A stretch of DNA of 64,000 nucleotides from Macrostomum lignano (lineage: Eukaryota), in the NCBI GenBank assembly GCA_002269645.1, contig NIVC01001267.1, positions 124,001-188,000 on the forward strand, in the 5' to 3' direction. The position numbers and the translations under genes are program-made. Positions 1 through 14,300 of this stretch are shown piece by piece; the stretch's first letter is position 1, and each line of letters begins with the position of its first letter. The notes under the pieces were generated by a model. It made no database searches, was not told the DNA's origin, and worked only from the letters and a program-made list of their open reading frames with translations.

Positions 1-1430
1 TTCTGCCTTGATGCTGGACTAGCTCACTTTCTAGGAATATGTTCTGATTGCATTCTAACAAACTGAAGCATTCTCGGCACTAAACTTTCTCGGCGGCTCT
101 GAGAGCCAGAGCCTCAAACAGACAGAGAAATCTGTTCGAGTTGTGTCTGTAGGTTAGGTGGACCAGCTACTCCAAAGCACTTCTAGGCGATAATCTGAGC
201 CAGGAATCTCCGAGAGCCTCTCGTTACACATCCATGTTCTACCTTGATGCTGGACTAGCTCACTTTCTAGGAATCTGTTCTGATTGCATTCTAACAAACT
301 GAAGCATTCTCGGCACTAAACTTTCTCGGCGGCTCTGAGAGCCAGAGCCTCAAACAGACAGAGAAATCTGTTCGAGTTGTGTCTGTAGGTTAGGTGGACC
401 AGCTACTCCAAAGCACTTCTAGGCGATAATCTGAGCCAGGAATCTCCGAGAGCCTCTCGTTACACATCCATGTTCTACCTTGATGCTGGACTAGCTCACT
501 TTCTAGGAATCTGTTCTGATTGCATTCTAACAAACTGAAGCATTCTCGGCACTAAACTTTCTCGGCGGCTCTGAGAGCCAGAGCCTCAAACAGACAGAGA
601 AATCTGTTCGAGTTGTGTCTGTAGGTTAGGTGGACCAGCTACTCCAAAGCACTTCTAGGCGATAATCTAAGCCATGAATCTCCGAGAGCCTCTCGTTACA
701 CATCCAGATGTTCTGCCTTGATGCTGGACTAGCTCACTTTCTAGGAATCTGTTCTGATTGCATTCTAACAAACTGAAGCATTCTCGGCACTAAACTTTCT
801 CGGCGGCTCTGAGAGCCAGAGCCTCAAACAGACAGAAATCTGTTCGAGTTGTGTCTGTAGGTTAGGTGGACCAGCTACTCCAAAGCACTTCTAGGCGATA
901 ATCTGAGCCAGGAATCTCCGAGAGCCTCTCGTTACACATCCAGATGTTCTGCCTTGATGCTGGACTAGCTCACTTTCTAGGAATATGTTCTGATTGCATT
1001 CTAACAAACTGAAGCATTCTCGGCACTAAACTTTCTCGGCGGCTCTGAGAGCCAGAGCCTCAAACAGACAGAGAAATCTGTTCGAGTTGTGTCTGTAGGT
1101 TAGGTGGACCAGCTACTCCAAAGCACTTCTAGGCGATAATCTGAGCCAGGAATCTCCGAGAGCCTCTCGTTACACATCCAGATGTTCTGCCTTGATGCTG
1201 GACTAGCTCACTTTCTAGGAATCTGTTCTGATTGCATTCTAACAAACTAAAGCATTCTCGGCACTAAACTTTCTCGGCGGCTCTGAGAGCCAGAGCCTTA
1301 AACAGACAGAGAAATCTGTTCGAGTTGTGTCTGTAGGTTAGGTGGACCACCTTCTGAGAGCCAAAGCCTCAAACAGACTGAGAGAGCTGATTCAGTTGTG
1401 TCTGTAGTTTAGGTGGACCAGCTTCTCTAC
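1..1430. repeat. Tandem satellite, ~236-238-bp unit, ~5.7 copies plus a degenerate tail
   Basis: The unit start TTCT(G/A)CCTTGATGCTGGACTAG recurs at 1, 237, 473, 711, ~947 and ~1185; the copies are near-identical. Confidence 0.97.
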
Positions 1431-2817
1431 AGCAATTGAGTTGCAGGCCTTGCAGCTAGCTACTTTGAGATCATCAAACGAAACTCACTTTTCTGGACTC
1501 AGTGTCGACGGATTTGCGAGCAGACTGATGATTTTCACCAGGCGATGCGGCTTCTTCGATTTCGCAGTGGCTTTTTGCGACGGTGTTTTTTTAGTTTTTA
1601 TTTTAGGCTTGGCGTCCTTTTTTGCGGGTCATCATATTTTGGTTGTAGATTACAGTTTTTGGCACAATAAATTTATATATGGATGAAACTTGGAGTAAGG
1701 ATTAACATTAGACCTATTAAGTATAAAAAACCGTTCTAATCTATACAATTGCAATCCTTTAGAGTTGTATAGTATGGATTATAAGTACTTTCTTTTAAAC
1801 TGTCTGTGTCTGGTCTCACTACGCCATGGTTTACGTGGACCACCCGCTTAGACATTATATATCCCTCTCTCCACTGTCTTACCTTCAGAACGCTTGCGGG
1901 TTTCCTATTGGCTGCGGTCGGTCCCATTGTTGGGGTGGATCTATCCTCCTAAGTGTTAACCAGCCAATTATAGAAAGGGAGGTCTGTCTGTCTGTCTGTT
2001 CCAACCCTATACTCCTGCACATGTGTTTACGTGGACCAAACAGACAGTGAGTGTTAGGCTGACTGTTAATGCGTTCTTAGTTTTACTGGGACCGCAATCA
2101 AGTCGACCTTTTGCTAGAGAGTCAGGGACCCGATCGCTAGTTAAAAGGCCCTTCTTAATTGCGTCCTCTCGATCAAATCTTTTGCATGTACATGGATGAA
2201 TTGTCCTTTTCAATTAGGTAAATTGCATCTTCAACTTTGCACTTGAAAGGCTGCAGCTTAGGATCTTCTTCTTCCAAAATTGGAGGAGGATAGAACAGGA
2301 TATCCCATAGTGTTTACGATAGAATTGGCAAGCACTTAATTCATGAAGTTGCTATTTTCTTCTTGTCTAATGGTAGAGCCTCAGAAATTCGCATTTACAC
2401 AGTGTGGCTATCAAGGACCACTGGGAGTTCTTGAGAAGTCATTGAAGAATACTATTTAAGCTTCACTTAAATATCTTTCTTGTCTCGGAGTCTTTATCGT
2501 TTGATCTGGTTCGCGAATTGGATTTCTTTACGTTGGTGTCTTACTCTGTGAGTCTGTGCTCAGAGTACGATACCGGAATTGCTGGAACTGAGCTAATTAA
2601 ATGGAGTTTAAAGTTTACTGTATCAAATTCATTTCGCATACGAGGTTTCAGAATTTTTAATTAACCTGCGTACCTACTTGAATGTCAAAGAACTGAACGC
2701 ATATTGTTTTAAAGCCAGTAGCGGTCATAATATGATGCCAACATAGCCCTTTGTTCGTAAGGTAATGATCTGTAAAAAATTCAGTTTTGCATCGAATCTA
2801 TGCTTAATAACTGCTAT

Positions 2818-2869
2818 ACACAAACAGACACAAACAGACACAAACAGACACAAACAGACACAAACAGAC
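2818..2869 (+). repeat. (CACAAACAGA)n 10-bp minisatellite
   Basis: About five direct copies are visible. Confidence 0.9.
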
Positions 2870-3178
2870 GATTTTCGAAAAATTTTCTAAAATTTTTCGG
2901 TTTACGTGGACCAGACTCGCTCGGTTTAGGTAGACCAGGCTGGAGGTCCAGCTAAACTGAAATGCGAATAACTTTGGAAAAAACCATGCTAGACATCCCA
3001 AAATTGCTTAAGCCTTTCTTGACCCGCCTGACATTAATGTGAGATCCTCATCAACGTCTTAACCCCACCAGAGACAAAATTATTTGGTGGTCCACCTAAG
3101 TGGTCTACCTACACCGGTTGGTCCAGCTAACGAGGCTACTGAACTTCCAAAAAGTCCACGTAAACACACAGACAGTAG

Positions 3179-3530
<352 letters not shown>

Positions 3531-4339
3531 TACCGCTGTCTGTGTGTTTAGCGGGACCAGAGTTTGGTTAATGCATTAGGTGGACCACCTAGTTTCCTTA
3601 TAAAACCGGTGTCTTTTGTCTCTACACGAAAAGTTAGCGTGGGTTGTCTTTCAGTTTAGCCTGCAGATTAGCCATCTCGTGGAAACTGCATGTCACTTTC
3701 AACTGGGATAGCTGGACCAGCCCGGACTTGTTTTAGGTGGACCTTCAAAAAGACACCGTTTAGGTGGACTATCATTTATTTAGCAGAGTACTGCGATTAT
3801 TATCGACCCAGTACTGTTAAGCACGAGAAAAAACACTAAAAAGTCACGTGACAGAAGCCCCAAATACAAAATATGTATTAAAGTGCAAATAATGCATACA
3901 GTTCTAGTATGCTCCGGACTCAAGAACCGATCATCCTCATTAAAAGCAAATTAATAAAATGCAACTAATTTTTAGGCCGAGAAAAATAGTTACAAGTGCA
4001 AATTAACGGCCAAGCAAAAGTTTAAATAGCAAAAAGTCATATTTGTAGTGCACTAGAATAATGATAAACCTAAAGAAACACACTTAACGTCCCAAATATG
4101 TGCCAAAAAAGCAAGTAGATTGACGATGATAATTAATAAATACATTTGCCTAATAAATTTCACGTATTGCAATAGAACAACTTTCCACCCAATTTTTGAA
4201 CAATTAAAAAATTTTTAACGGACGGACAAGACATGTTACGAAGGATAGCGGAATCATCTCACAGAAAGCCACAAGCTGTCGCAGTCAATATCATCGTAGA
4301 CAAACTTTTGCGGTTGAGCACAAAAAACTCGTCTTCATT

Positions 4340-5383
4340 TTGCCAGAGTTGCTTGCGTCACTCGTCTGCATCAAAGCTGACTTGCCGTCTCCAGACTGGG
4401 CCTGTCAAATTTGGCATTTATACGAGAATTCAGGATTGACAGTTTACAACTAATATTCTACTGAGACTTTGAAACAGACTGGCATATTGGTGTCAGTACA
4501 GTCTGTAGTTTAGCTGGACCTCCTAAACTTGAATTCCACCTCCCATCTGTGAGGCTCCTAAACAGACTGGCTCAGTTGTGTCAGTGCAGTCTGTAGGTCA
4601 GCTGGACCTCCTAAACTTGAATTCCACCTCCCATCTGTGAGGCTCCTAAACAGACTGGCTCAGTTGCGTCAGTGCAGTCTGTAGGTTAGCTGGACCACCT
4701 AAACTTGAATTCCACCTCCATCTGTGAGGCTCCTAAGCAGACTGGCTCAGTTGCGTCAGTGCAGTCTGTAGGTTAGCTGGACCAGTTCAATTAGAATAGG
4801 ATAAGCCAAATCTGAACACAATTTTGCAGCAAGCTCACCACATCTGTCCACCGGACTGACCAGCGTCTCAGGTGCCTCAGCAAACTTTTTAGAGAGGTGT
4901 CCAGATGTGAGGTCTCAGCCTATAGTCGACTCAATGGCTCTTGGCCTTTGAAGTATTGGTCGACATCTTTCCAGAGTTGCTTGCGTCACTCGTCTGCATC
5001 AAAGCTGATTTGTCATCTTCAGACTGGGCCTGTCAAATTTGAAATTTATATGAGAATTCAGGATTGACAATTTACAACTAATATTCTACTGAGACTTTGA
5101 AACAGACTGGCTCAGTGGCGTCAGTACAGTCTGTAGGTTAGCTGGACCTCCTAAACTTGAATATCTGTGAGGCTCCTAAACAGACTGGCTCAGTTGCGTC
5201 GGTGCAGTCTGTAGTTTAGCTGGACCTCCTAAACTTGAATATCTGAGGCTCCTAAACAGACTGGCTCAGTTGCGTCAGTGCAGTCTGTAGTTTAGCTGGA
5301 CCTCCTAAACTTGAATATCTGTGAGGCTCCTAAACAGACTGGCTCAGTTGCGTCAGTGCAGTCTGTAGGTTAGCTGGACCACC
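4340..5383. repeat. Local duplication (~4340-4790 vs ~4970-5383) containing 65-80-bp hairpin-bearing tandem units
   Basis: CCAGAGTTGCTTGCGTCACTCGTCTGCATCAAAGCTGA occurs twice. The repeated unit AAACAGACTGGCTCAGTTGCGTCAGTGCAGTCTGTAGGTTAGCTGGACC has ACAGACTG/CAGTCTGT inverted arms. Confidence 0.9.
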
Positions 5384-5385
5384 TA

Positions 5386-6430
5386 CGAGGGTCATCCCAA
5401 AAGTTTCAGCAAACGCCTATTAATTTTCGACAAACGAGTATCAGAACAATGAACAGGTCAAAAACCTTCAAAATAACTTCCGTTGACTTGAATTGTGCGC
5501 TCCCAGCGGCCAGGCAACTTCTGAACGCCGTCAGCAGCGCCGGATTCGCACAGGTCTTTTGCAATGCGGCCGACCTCGCTGAACAGGTCATCCAGGCAAT
5601 AGAAACGACGCCCTCGGAGCTGGGTCTTAAGCTTCGGAAAAAGATCGAAATCGCAGGGACTGAGGTCTGGGGAGTAAGGAGGATGAGGCAGCACCTCCCA
5701 CTGGTAGTCCCGCAGTAGGTCCTGCACAATGCGGGCTGTGTGCGAACTGGCATTGTCGAGCAGAAGGAGTGGACCAAGTTCCAGGGTCTGTGGCCACTTT
5801 TTGCGCAAGGCAGGCCGAAGATGGTGAATAATGAAGTTCCCATAGTACTGTTAATTGATGTTTTGGCCCTCAGGATCGCGGTGGATGAGAATAATGCCAG
5901 AGCTGTCGTAGCATGCGATGATCATCATCTTGTCGGCTCCCTTAGCGCGCCGCAGAACTGATGGTCTTGATGGCTGCGCAGAACCTTTCGACTGCCACTC
6001 GGAATTCTGGCTCTTGAGATTGGGCTCGTACGAACAGATCCAAGTCTCGTCAAGCGTGACAATACGGTCTAGGAAAGCCGAACCCTCTCTCCTGAACCGA
6101 TGCAGAAGCTGCTGAGCAGTTGTCACCCGGCGTGCCTTGTTGTCATCCGTGAGATGGTGCGGCACCCACCTGGCTGTGACCTTCTGCAGTCCAAGATCCT
6201 GGATGAGGATCCGATGCACACTCGACGAGGGGATTCCGGACAGCTCAGCCATTTCTTCGCATGTCCAACGGCGATCGATGTTTAGCAGCCCTTGGATCAA
6301 CTCGATGTTCTACTCTGTGCGAGCTTCTTTTGGCCTACCAGATCGTGGGTCATCCTCGACATCAGAGCGGCCATTCTTAAATCGACTGTACCAGTCGTAC
6401 ACGGCTCGCTGGCTCATCGCATGTGGCCCA
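5386..6430 (-). mobile_element. mariner (DD34D) transposon, 3' TIR present, 5' end lost, transposase frameshifted
   Basis: TA|CGAGGGTCATCCCAAAAGTTT terminus at 5384-5406. ORF 5851-6300 has WVPH..LT and IVTLDETW; ORF 5458-5808 has LDNASSH-x-HPPYSPDLSPCDF (34-aa spacing). The HTH SQRAVYDWYSRFKNGR..DDPRSGRP is at the end of ORF 6310-7035. Confidence 0.95.
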
Positions 6431-7035
6431 TGGGCCTGCAGCAATGTCGCTGGCTGCGGCCACTGCTGATGCGATGCTGTCGTCTGCGGCGGTGGCCGCA
6501 GTTGGTGCACGGTTGGCCCAGCCTTAGGCGCTATTGCTCGATGTCGCTTGGCAGTGATGCATTGCGTCGGCGTTGCACCTTCGGGCTGGCGCTTCATTAT
6601 GGCCGGACTCACCACTACAGGATTGGCAGCCTGGGCTCGCAGTAAGGCGGCACGGGCGCCAGGCTCGTGTGGCACTGGTGTAGGTTTGGGCGCCGGTTTA
6701 ATCACCACGGACTTGGGCCGTGAAGTGTACCGTGATTCTTCTTTCGGCTTGGTCGAGGCTTCGATCGGCTCTTTCTTGAGCGTTTGGCTGTTCGCCGTTT
6801 CTTCCGTACTTTGGGCATCCACCGCCTCCATTTCGCTATTGGCATTTATCGCCTCTTCTAAGCTGCATAAGCTTTGGGCATTCACTGCCTCTCCTAAGTT
6901 AGCTGTAGTTCGGGCATTCACTGCTTCTCCTAAGTTAGCTGATTCCTGGGCGTTCACCGCCTCTTCTTCTTGACATAGATCTACTGTAAAACTTGCTAAT
7001 AATTCATCAAACGCTATGGCGTCAAACTCCTCCAT
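6310..7035 (-). CDS. Chimeric ORF: acidic/low-complexity N-terminus downstream of Gypsy pol, fused in frame to the mariner HTH
   Basis: The last ~40 aa are mariner N-terminal HTH; the first ~200 aa are unrelated, with 11-aa repeats (EAVNAQ...). Confidence 0.55.
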   Translation of the reverse strand: MEEFDAIAFDELLASFTVDLCQEEEAVNAQESANLGEAVNARTTANLGEAVNAQSLCSLEEAINANSEMEAVDAQSTEETANSQTLKKEPIEASTKPKEESRYTSRPKSVVIKPAPKPTPVPHEPGARAALLRAQAANPVVVSPAIMKRQPEGATPTQCITAKRHRAIAPKAGPTVHQLRPPPQTTASHQQWPQPATLLQAHGPHAMSQRAVYDWYSRFKNGRSDVEDDPRSGRPKEARTE

Positions 7036-7232
7036 GTTTCTTAAGTTCCTGGTTAAATTCTAACTGTATAATGGTTCTGAATTCTATTCTGACTTCCTCC
7101 TGGCCCAAGTGTCCTTTTTATATAGTTTGACCCCGCTGAATTATTTCAAACAAGCTGACTTGTTTTAATCTGTACAAACTATCTTATTGGCCGTTGCGCA
7201 ATAAACACTTGATTTAAACCGCAACTGGATTC

Positions 7233-10200
7233 TTATTGGCTGGCTAAAAGTTTAATTTCTCTAATAGACTCCACACAGTAGCAAGCTTTTTTTAGATAAC
7301 ACTGGCATTTGACTGGCGGCCTAGTGCGGCTGCGTGTGTTATATGGTTTAGTTTCATTACCCTCTTTGTCTAGCGTACCCCCATTCTCAGTGTGGGCCCC
7401 ATGCGCGCCTTCTCTCTCCCTTGGTTCTGTTTCATGTCTGTTGTCAATCGTTACTTCTCCTCCTCTCTCTGACCTCTCCATCTCCTCTTCCGCTAGGCTC
7501 TCATGTTGCATATTATTTTCTATCTCAGCTTCTGGCTCGGCTTCCAACTCTGATCCATTCTCATGTACCGATTGTTCATTTCCACAAGTCTTGCAAAACC
7601 GATTCTGGTATTCTTCATCAGAGCTTTCCTCTTCAGATTCGATAATTGGCTTTTCTAACCTATTCTTTCTGGTGTGGCTTCTTTAGTGTGACCTCTTGCT
7701 GATTTTTTATTTAAATGCTTAGCTTTCTTCTGGCTTCCCTTATTTGTAACTTCTACTATCTCAGCGCTCTCCTGGCTTCTCTTATCTATTGACTCTTTCA
7801 CTGAATTTGGCACTGGCGCCATGTTATCCCTATGTACTAATAACTTATTGCCTACTAACTCGCCATCTTCTTTCTGAATCTTAAAAACTACTTCTGAAAT
7901 CTGCTTAAGTACTCTAAAGGCGGCTCTCTTTTTCCTATGAAACTTATTAGACTCGTCAATGTTAAGTTGTGGATTGTTATCTAATAGTAGGCTTCCTACT
8001 TCAATAACCTTTGGCTTCCTCTGATTCTCTGTGTCTATCTGTCTCTTGTCATGCACTTTCTCAAATGTTTCCCTTATTCATTTCCTGGCACTGTCTAATC
8101 TCTGCATGTTCGGCAATATAAGTTGGATAATTAGCATATTGATTTGGCTCTAAGTTCGCTGTCTATGGGCAAAACTGCCTCTCTGCCAAATAATAAGAAA
8201 TGCGGCGAATAGCCTGTAGTTTGATTAACGCTAGTTCTTACTGCGACTAAGGTGGCTGGAATTAATGGATCCCAATTGCTGTGATCTTTTTCAATCAGGC
8301 ATGTGATTATCGATTTGACCTGTTTGTTAAATCTATCAACTAAACCATTGCTTTGAGCGTGGTATGGAGTTGTGAAAGTGTGCTTCACATTGAACAACTC
8401 ACAGAATGCACTAAATTGTCTGCTAGTAAATGTTTTGCCATTGTCTGTATGGATCCAATGACATTGGCCATATTCACTTAACACTCTTTCTTGCAATAAC
8501 TTAATGATTGTATCAGCCTTTTGATTGCGCATCGGAAATGCAAACGAGTAGCGAGTATTGCTGTCTACTATTGTTAGCACATATTGATGACCTCTTTTAC
8601 TAATCTTAGAAATTGGCCCAATCACATCTATGTGTAATCGGTGGAATGGCTCACTAATTGGAAATAACTATAAGCGACTATAATAATTACATAATCCTAA
8701 GAAACTTCTCAGTTCTTTCACATCTTTTGGCTTTGGCCAACTCCTCATAGCTTCTATTTTAGCTTCATCAGTCCTAATTCCTTCTCTTCCAATTACATGA
8801 TCTAAATATTTTAACTCGCTGTGAAATAGATTGCACTTTTTAGCTCTTAATTTCAGTCCTGCACTAATTAGTCTTTGAAATACCTCTTTGAGGTGTTCTA
8901 AATGATCTTCAAACTGCTTAGAATTGTTCACTATGTCATCTATGTACGACATGGCATATTTATGCTGAATACCTGTCAATACTAGATTCATAAGCCTTTG
9001 AAAAGTACCTGGGGCATTAGATGAGCCCTGAGCCATAACTTGGTACTCAAATTAACCTCTTGTTAATGTTGAGAATGCAGTCATACACTTGTGTTCTTCT
9101 TTTCTCGGAACTTGCCAATAACCAGAATTTAGGTCAAGGCTACTAAAATACTGACTGCCTGTCAAATGCTAAAATGTCTCTTGAACGTTTGGCAGCGGAT
9201 ACGGAAAGTAGCGGATCCGGATACGGAATTCAGCACTGTAAAGTCGCTAACTATTCGAATAGTACCATCTTTTTTAGGTACAATCACTAAAGGTGTTGAA
9301 TAAGTCGAATAGCATGGCCTAATTAGATTTTTGGCTAACATGTCCTCTAACTGAGCATCTACTTGCTTCTGAAGATGAAGGGGAATGCTTCTAGTCGGAA
9401 TCCTAACAGGTTTCTCGTCTCTTAGTGAGATCTCATGCGTGACTAATGATGTTAAGCCCATATCTAGATCATGTTGAAAAAATGCCTCTCTATGCTCTTT
9501 TACGAGCTGAATCACTCTATCTCTCTGTTCTGTTGTCAAATTCTCACTAATATCTATTTCGCTAATCCAAGTTTCACTTGTAGATTGCGCTTGATTGACA
9601 CGTTCGGTGATTGGCTGATTTGGTGGCACGGTTTGATCTACGTGACTATTCATGTAGTTTAGCTCTCGGGCTCTTATTGGCTTAGCTAGACCTACTAATG
9701 ACGATTTCGGCAACTTCACTTCTACCGTGCTTCTATTCACTACTTCTACTACGGCTACGCCATCGCGCATAGTAACTAAGGTTGGATTCATGTCTAATGT
9801 CTCGCCTTTAGTTCTTATACTACTTCCAATAGTCTCAATAGTCATTGGCGTGCCATAGTTAGCTCCTGAGTTTTTGGCTAATCTTACTGGGATTCGCAGT
9901 GCGCTATTAGGCGGAACTACTGCTCTTTCCTGAGTATATACTCGCCAAATTTTTACTGAAAAATGAGTGTACTGCATGGGAATACAAGTTCCCTATTTTA
10001 GAGTTAGCATGCCTTTAGTTAAATAAATGCTTTCACAGTGATCCTTAAAGAATTCCATGCCTAATATATTATCACAATCGTGGCTACACAATAGAAATTC
10101 TATTTATAATTCTAAATCTCCGAACTGTACTACAGTTGCGTCTCCTTGCTTCGCCTAATTTCACTGTAGTCCCATCAAATGTGGAAACTCTCCTACTCGT

Positions 10201-10603
10201 CTCTCTAATCTGATTTGACTCAAATAGCTCTACTCTAATAGATCTACTTAGAAAATTGTTTTGAGCGCCTGTGTCTGTTAGAAAGTCTACTTCTTGATTC
10301 TCAATATTGCCTACCACTATCGCTTCATAACCTGTTTGATTTACTAATTCAACTTTCTGCTTCGGAAAAACTTTGCTTGATTACTTTCTTAGATTTTTGT
10401 TGGCGAAATTCGGGTTCAGATTCTTCTACTACTGATGCAGGGTTTGCAGTAGGATAAGTAGGTTCGGCACATTGTGATGCGGCTGGTGCGTACGCATGAG
10501 GTGCTGACGCAGAATAAGTAGACATTGGTGCTGGTGCAAACGCATTATTTACATGCACTCCACACATGTCTTTTTCGCATTGGGACAGTTCGCCAACCTT
10601 CAC
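7233..10603 (-). mobile_element. Degenerate Ty3/Gypsy LTR retrotransposon gag-pol (PR-RT-[RH deleted]-IN)
   Basis: Protease FLTDTGA (10084-10317). RT IVPKKDGTIR..DF..LN, FQRLMN, YIDDI, LRSFLGLCNYY (8668-9977). Integrase HIDVIGP, HTDNG, SNGLVDRFN, TGYSPHFLLFGR (8131-8625). C-terminal segments at 7233-8056. Multiple stops and frameshifts. Confidence 0.95.
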
Positions 10604-10737
10604 TATCTACACTACTATAATTAGGGGCCTTCATTTCAAAACTACTTTTCCTAGAGGGTCTTGGCCTCTAATGCCACCCTCTGTACTCTAGTTTCCCTGT
10701 TTGCGGTTCACTCGGCACTGGTGACCTATACCAGGCC

Positions 10738-11343
10738 TTATCGAGCCGGGTTTCTGGCAAATTGCACACCTTCCTGGCTGCGGCGAATAAGAACATTCTT
10801 CCAGTGACAGGGAAGAAAACTCCCTGGAGAATTTTCATCGTCCTTTTGTCTCCTTGCAATTATAAATTCACCTCGTTTTGCCAAAACCATTTTATTGTGA
10901 ATATAATCGCCTTCACTTTCAAGGGCCTTAAATGCCTTTCTACGAATGAACTTACGGCGGATCTGCTGCAAGCACTTAACGTCAGACTCTGGTTTACGAG
11001 CTCGTATGAGCTGTTTTGTAGTGCCGAGAGATTTTTTCAACATTTTTCCACAATATTTGCAGTAATGCAGCTTTGTTGTCGAATTGACAAGCTTCTGCAA
11101 AACAGCACTGCATCCTGCATCATCCTCAGCCTTTAAAGAAACAGGTAGAGTAATTGAGACACTTTTTTCTTCAATCCGCGCGGAACTAACATTGACATTA
11201 GCTGAAAATGTCACTTGATCACCATCTTCAGCATTCGCAGTTACAAAATCAACGAGTTGGGACGGCATTGAATGCTCAGCAAAATCTTGAACCACGGACA
11301 AGGCATTCATCTGAGGATAAAAATTCGAATTGACAGCAGCCAA
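10738..11343 (-). pseudogene. Fragment with a Cys/His domain (HYCKYC...GDYIHNK.VL..RGEFIIARR...FLPC) of the type found N-terminal to tyrosine recombinases in some metazoan Crypton-like elements
   Basis: Motif recognised from memory of family patterns; no recombinase core follows in this window. Confidence 0.45.
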
Positions 11344-14300
11344 ATTTTCGTAAAATGTAAAATCGCAAAATGTGCCTCTTCAGAACAATACGCCACTGGT
11401 GTACAAAACAACTGATCGATTTCGCGACCACTTGGCGGCTGACCAACTGTCTGGCTTAAGCCGGCTGGAGGCTGCTGTTGAGCAGGCGGAATCGCACTAG
11501 TTACTCGTAGTTCAGCGACAAGGCTTGAACTAGTGGCGTCTGTGCTTGCGGAGACCGCATTAAAGTTCTGCTCAATCCGCAACGCATCAGCGGAACTCTC
11601 GGCTTCAGAAGCTGTGTGAAAGAATTTGTGTAGTGTAGATACACCTCATGAACGCAATCATTGACTGAGCAAAGTTTTACATATTCCCAAACTCAAACTC
11701 AAGCTACTTCGAAAGCTATTCTGTTTTGTTTACTTAGAGAGAGCTATACTTTGCTGGCTTAACTACATGAACCATTTTCTAGTGACAGCCAGTAGCCGCG
11801 TTAAAAATACATACTCTATGTCCCATTAAGTGCGTCACAATAAATGCCTCTAACATCACATCCGCAAAATCAACATCACATACACTTTGCTCGTATTTAC
11901 CAGTGCAATGTGTGTATGTGTTTTTCTGTCCTGTTGATGCCGCTTAAAGATGTGTTCTGTTTTTCTTTCCTACTTATGATGTGTAAATAATAAAGTTAAT
12001 ATGTGCTTCTCTACGTGGAATACAGTAATTTCTGCAATTAAAGTACCTGTATATGATCGATGTTTTGCAAGCTTGAAGACGTCCACAGCAGGGTCCACAC
12101 TGGCGAACGGAGCTGCGGTCATCGTCGTTGTTACAGAAGCTGAATGGTCTGTGCAGCCGGCATCTACTGAGCCGCTTGAAAACAGAGCAGGGTCCACACT
12201 AGCAGACGAGCTGCGGCTGTGCCGGAATTGCAGGAATGACTGTTTGTGTTCTCAATAGCTGTTTTTTATATAGTCTTCTAATTCTGTAGAGATTAATGTT
12301 TTTAAGTAGCATAAGATATTTTAGTTAATTGGCACTAAAATGATACGCATAGCTAGTGTTCGCTTAAGTACTGACTGATTGCATTGGATTATAGTTGAGA
12401 ATAATGAGTGATTAAAATGACTATCGAAATTTACTGTAAAAAAGGTTGTCTGTGTATTTGTATTTTGTAGGTTGTGAACGAAAAGAATATCCATTACCTT
12501 TATAGTATTTTTGAAGCCGTCTCTGACCTTGACACCCTTTTGCATTTGCTCAGCTGCAAGTGACGAATTAGTGTGGAATATTAGTGTGGTGATAAAAAAG
12601 TTCTGCAACCTCTTGTTATAGCTTTTAGTTATGGAATCGGCAAAAGCCAAAAACTTATACATATGCGGCTATATCCTCCATCCTTTCCATCCTCCACCAC
12701 CACCTACACTAAACGTCTAAGATCTGTTTGTTTGTCTGTCCATCTGAAACGCTCTAGAGCTCGCAATTCTTGACCAATTTTGATCGCGTTTTCGCCAAAA
12801 GATTCAAAATTGTCTGGAAAGAAGACAGTTAAAATTTCTTTAATCTGCTTCAATGCTAAAGGGATTAAATATTCGAAAAACGGTTTTAAATGGGCGAATT
12901 CAATGTATTTTTTATCAAACTGCTCGCAGCGAGAGAATTCACAGCCAATTTCAATGATTGCGCCAGAGCCAACTGATAAGAAAACTCACTGGGCCCCACT
13001 GGCGAGATAATTACTCTATTTTAATTGCGCAACCATACCAGGGGCCAAAAATAAAATTACTCTGGAGGCTGGCAGCCAGCTCTTTAAGCGTCTAAGATCT
13101 GTTTTTCGTAACGCTCTACAGACTGCAATTCTTGACCAATTTTGATCGCGTTTTCGCCAAAAGATTTGTAATTATCTGGAAAAAAGACAGTTAAAATTTC
13201 TTGTATCTGCTTCAATGCTAAAGGTATTTAATATTCGAAAAACGAGTTTTTCTAATGCTTTTAATGAAAGGCCAAGCAAGGTTGAATTCTTGACTGGCTG
13301 CATTTTTCAATTCTAATTATGATTGCGCCACAACTGCGTACAGCATATTCTCGCTATAAACTGACTGAGCTTTTCAGGTGGAGGCAGTGTGCCAAGCATT
13401 GCGCAGGCACTCTGGAGGGAGAGAGAAATCAGCCAGTGCATTTTAAAAGTATTGAAATTAAAATAATGCTCAGTGGCTGCGTGTGTACATTCTTCTGACC
13501 CTGGCTGAATGGCGGACTGCATAGACAATTGCTATTTATAGATTTCTCTTAACTGTGCATTGGCTCTGCCAGCACGAAACGTGCACACTGAGCAACCTAT
13601 CACTGCTATGTATTTGACTGCTGTGCCGAAGAATATATGGCTGATTTTTGCGCCCTCCCTTCAGTAGGCGGAATAGCCGCAGTGTAGGCACTAGGACTAG
13701 GTTTAGGCTAGGCGTAAGGTCCAAGGTTCGAGTCCGCCTCCCCGGCGAATAATTAAAATTAAACAAGTTAATTCATTTATAGCTCGCGCCTCAACTAATT
13801 GAATCATTTTTTATTAATTAGTAAGCCACACTCAATAAAATATTTTTGCTATTCAGCACAAGTTGCTAAACAAATTGATTTTGTCAACGTTAATTTGTCA
13901 ATTTGTCAATTTGAATTTGATTTGATTTCAGCCAGTGCAGTTTAAAATTAGATTTGTAAAAAACTGCTTCATATACCAGCGTATTACTGCTCTCGAATTG
14001 CAGACGATGCTGCTAAATAGCTAAACTGCTGAAGTTACTGCTAAATGCTGAGCTGCGCAAAAGACTGCCGATATGTATCGTAAATTGATTAGTGAGCCAT
14101 ACTAAATACTGAGCAAATTTTTAGATTATTGGAAGAAGCATTGCTGAGAAGACTGAGGAGCCGGCCGAGAGGAGAACTGCAGACTGCTGAGGGGAACTGC
14201 AGATTGTCAAAGGGATCATTCATGCAGACTGCAAAAGGAAAAATTGAAAAAAAACTGCTGATGTATTCCTCCAGACTTATGAGTGTATAGCAGAGCAAGT

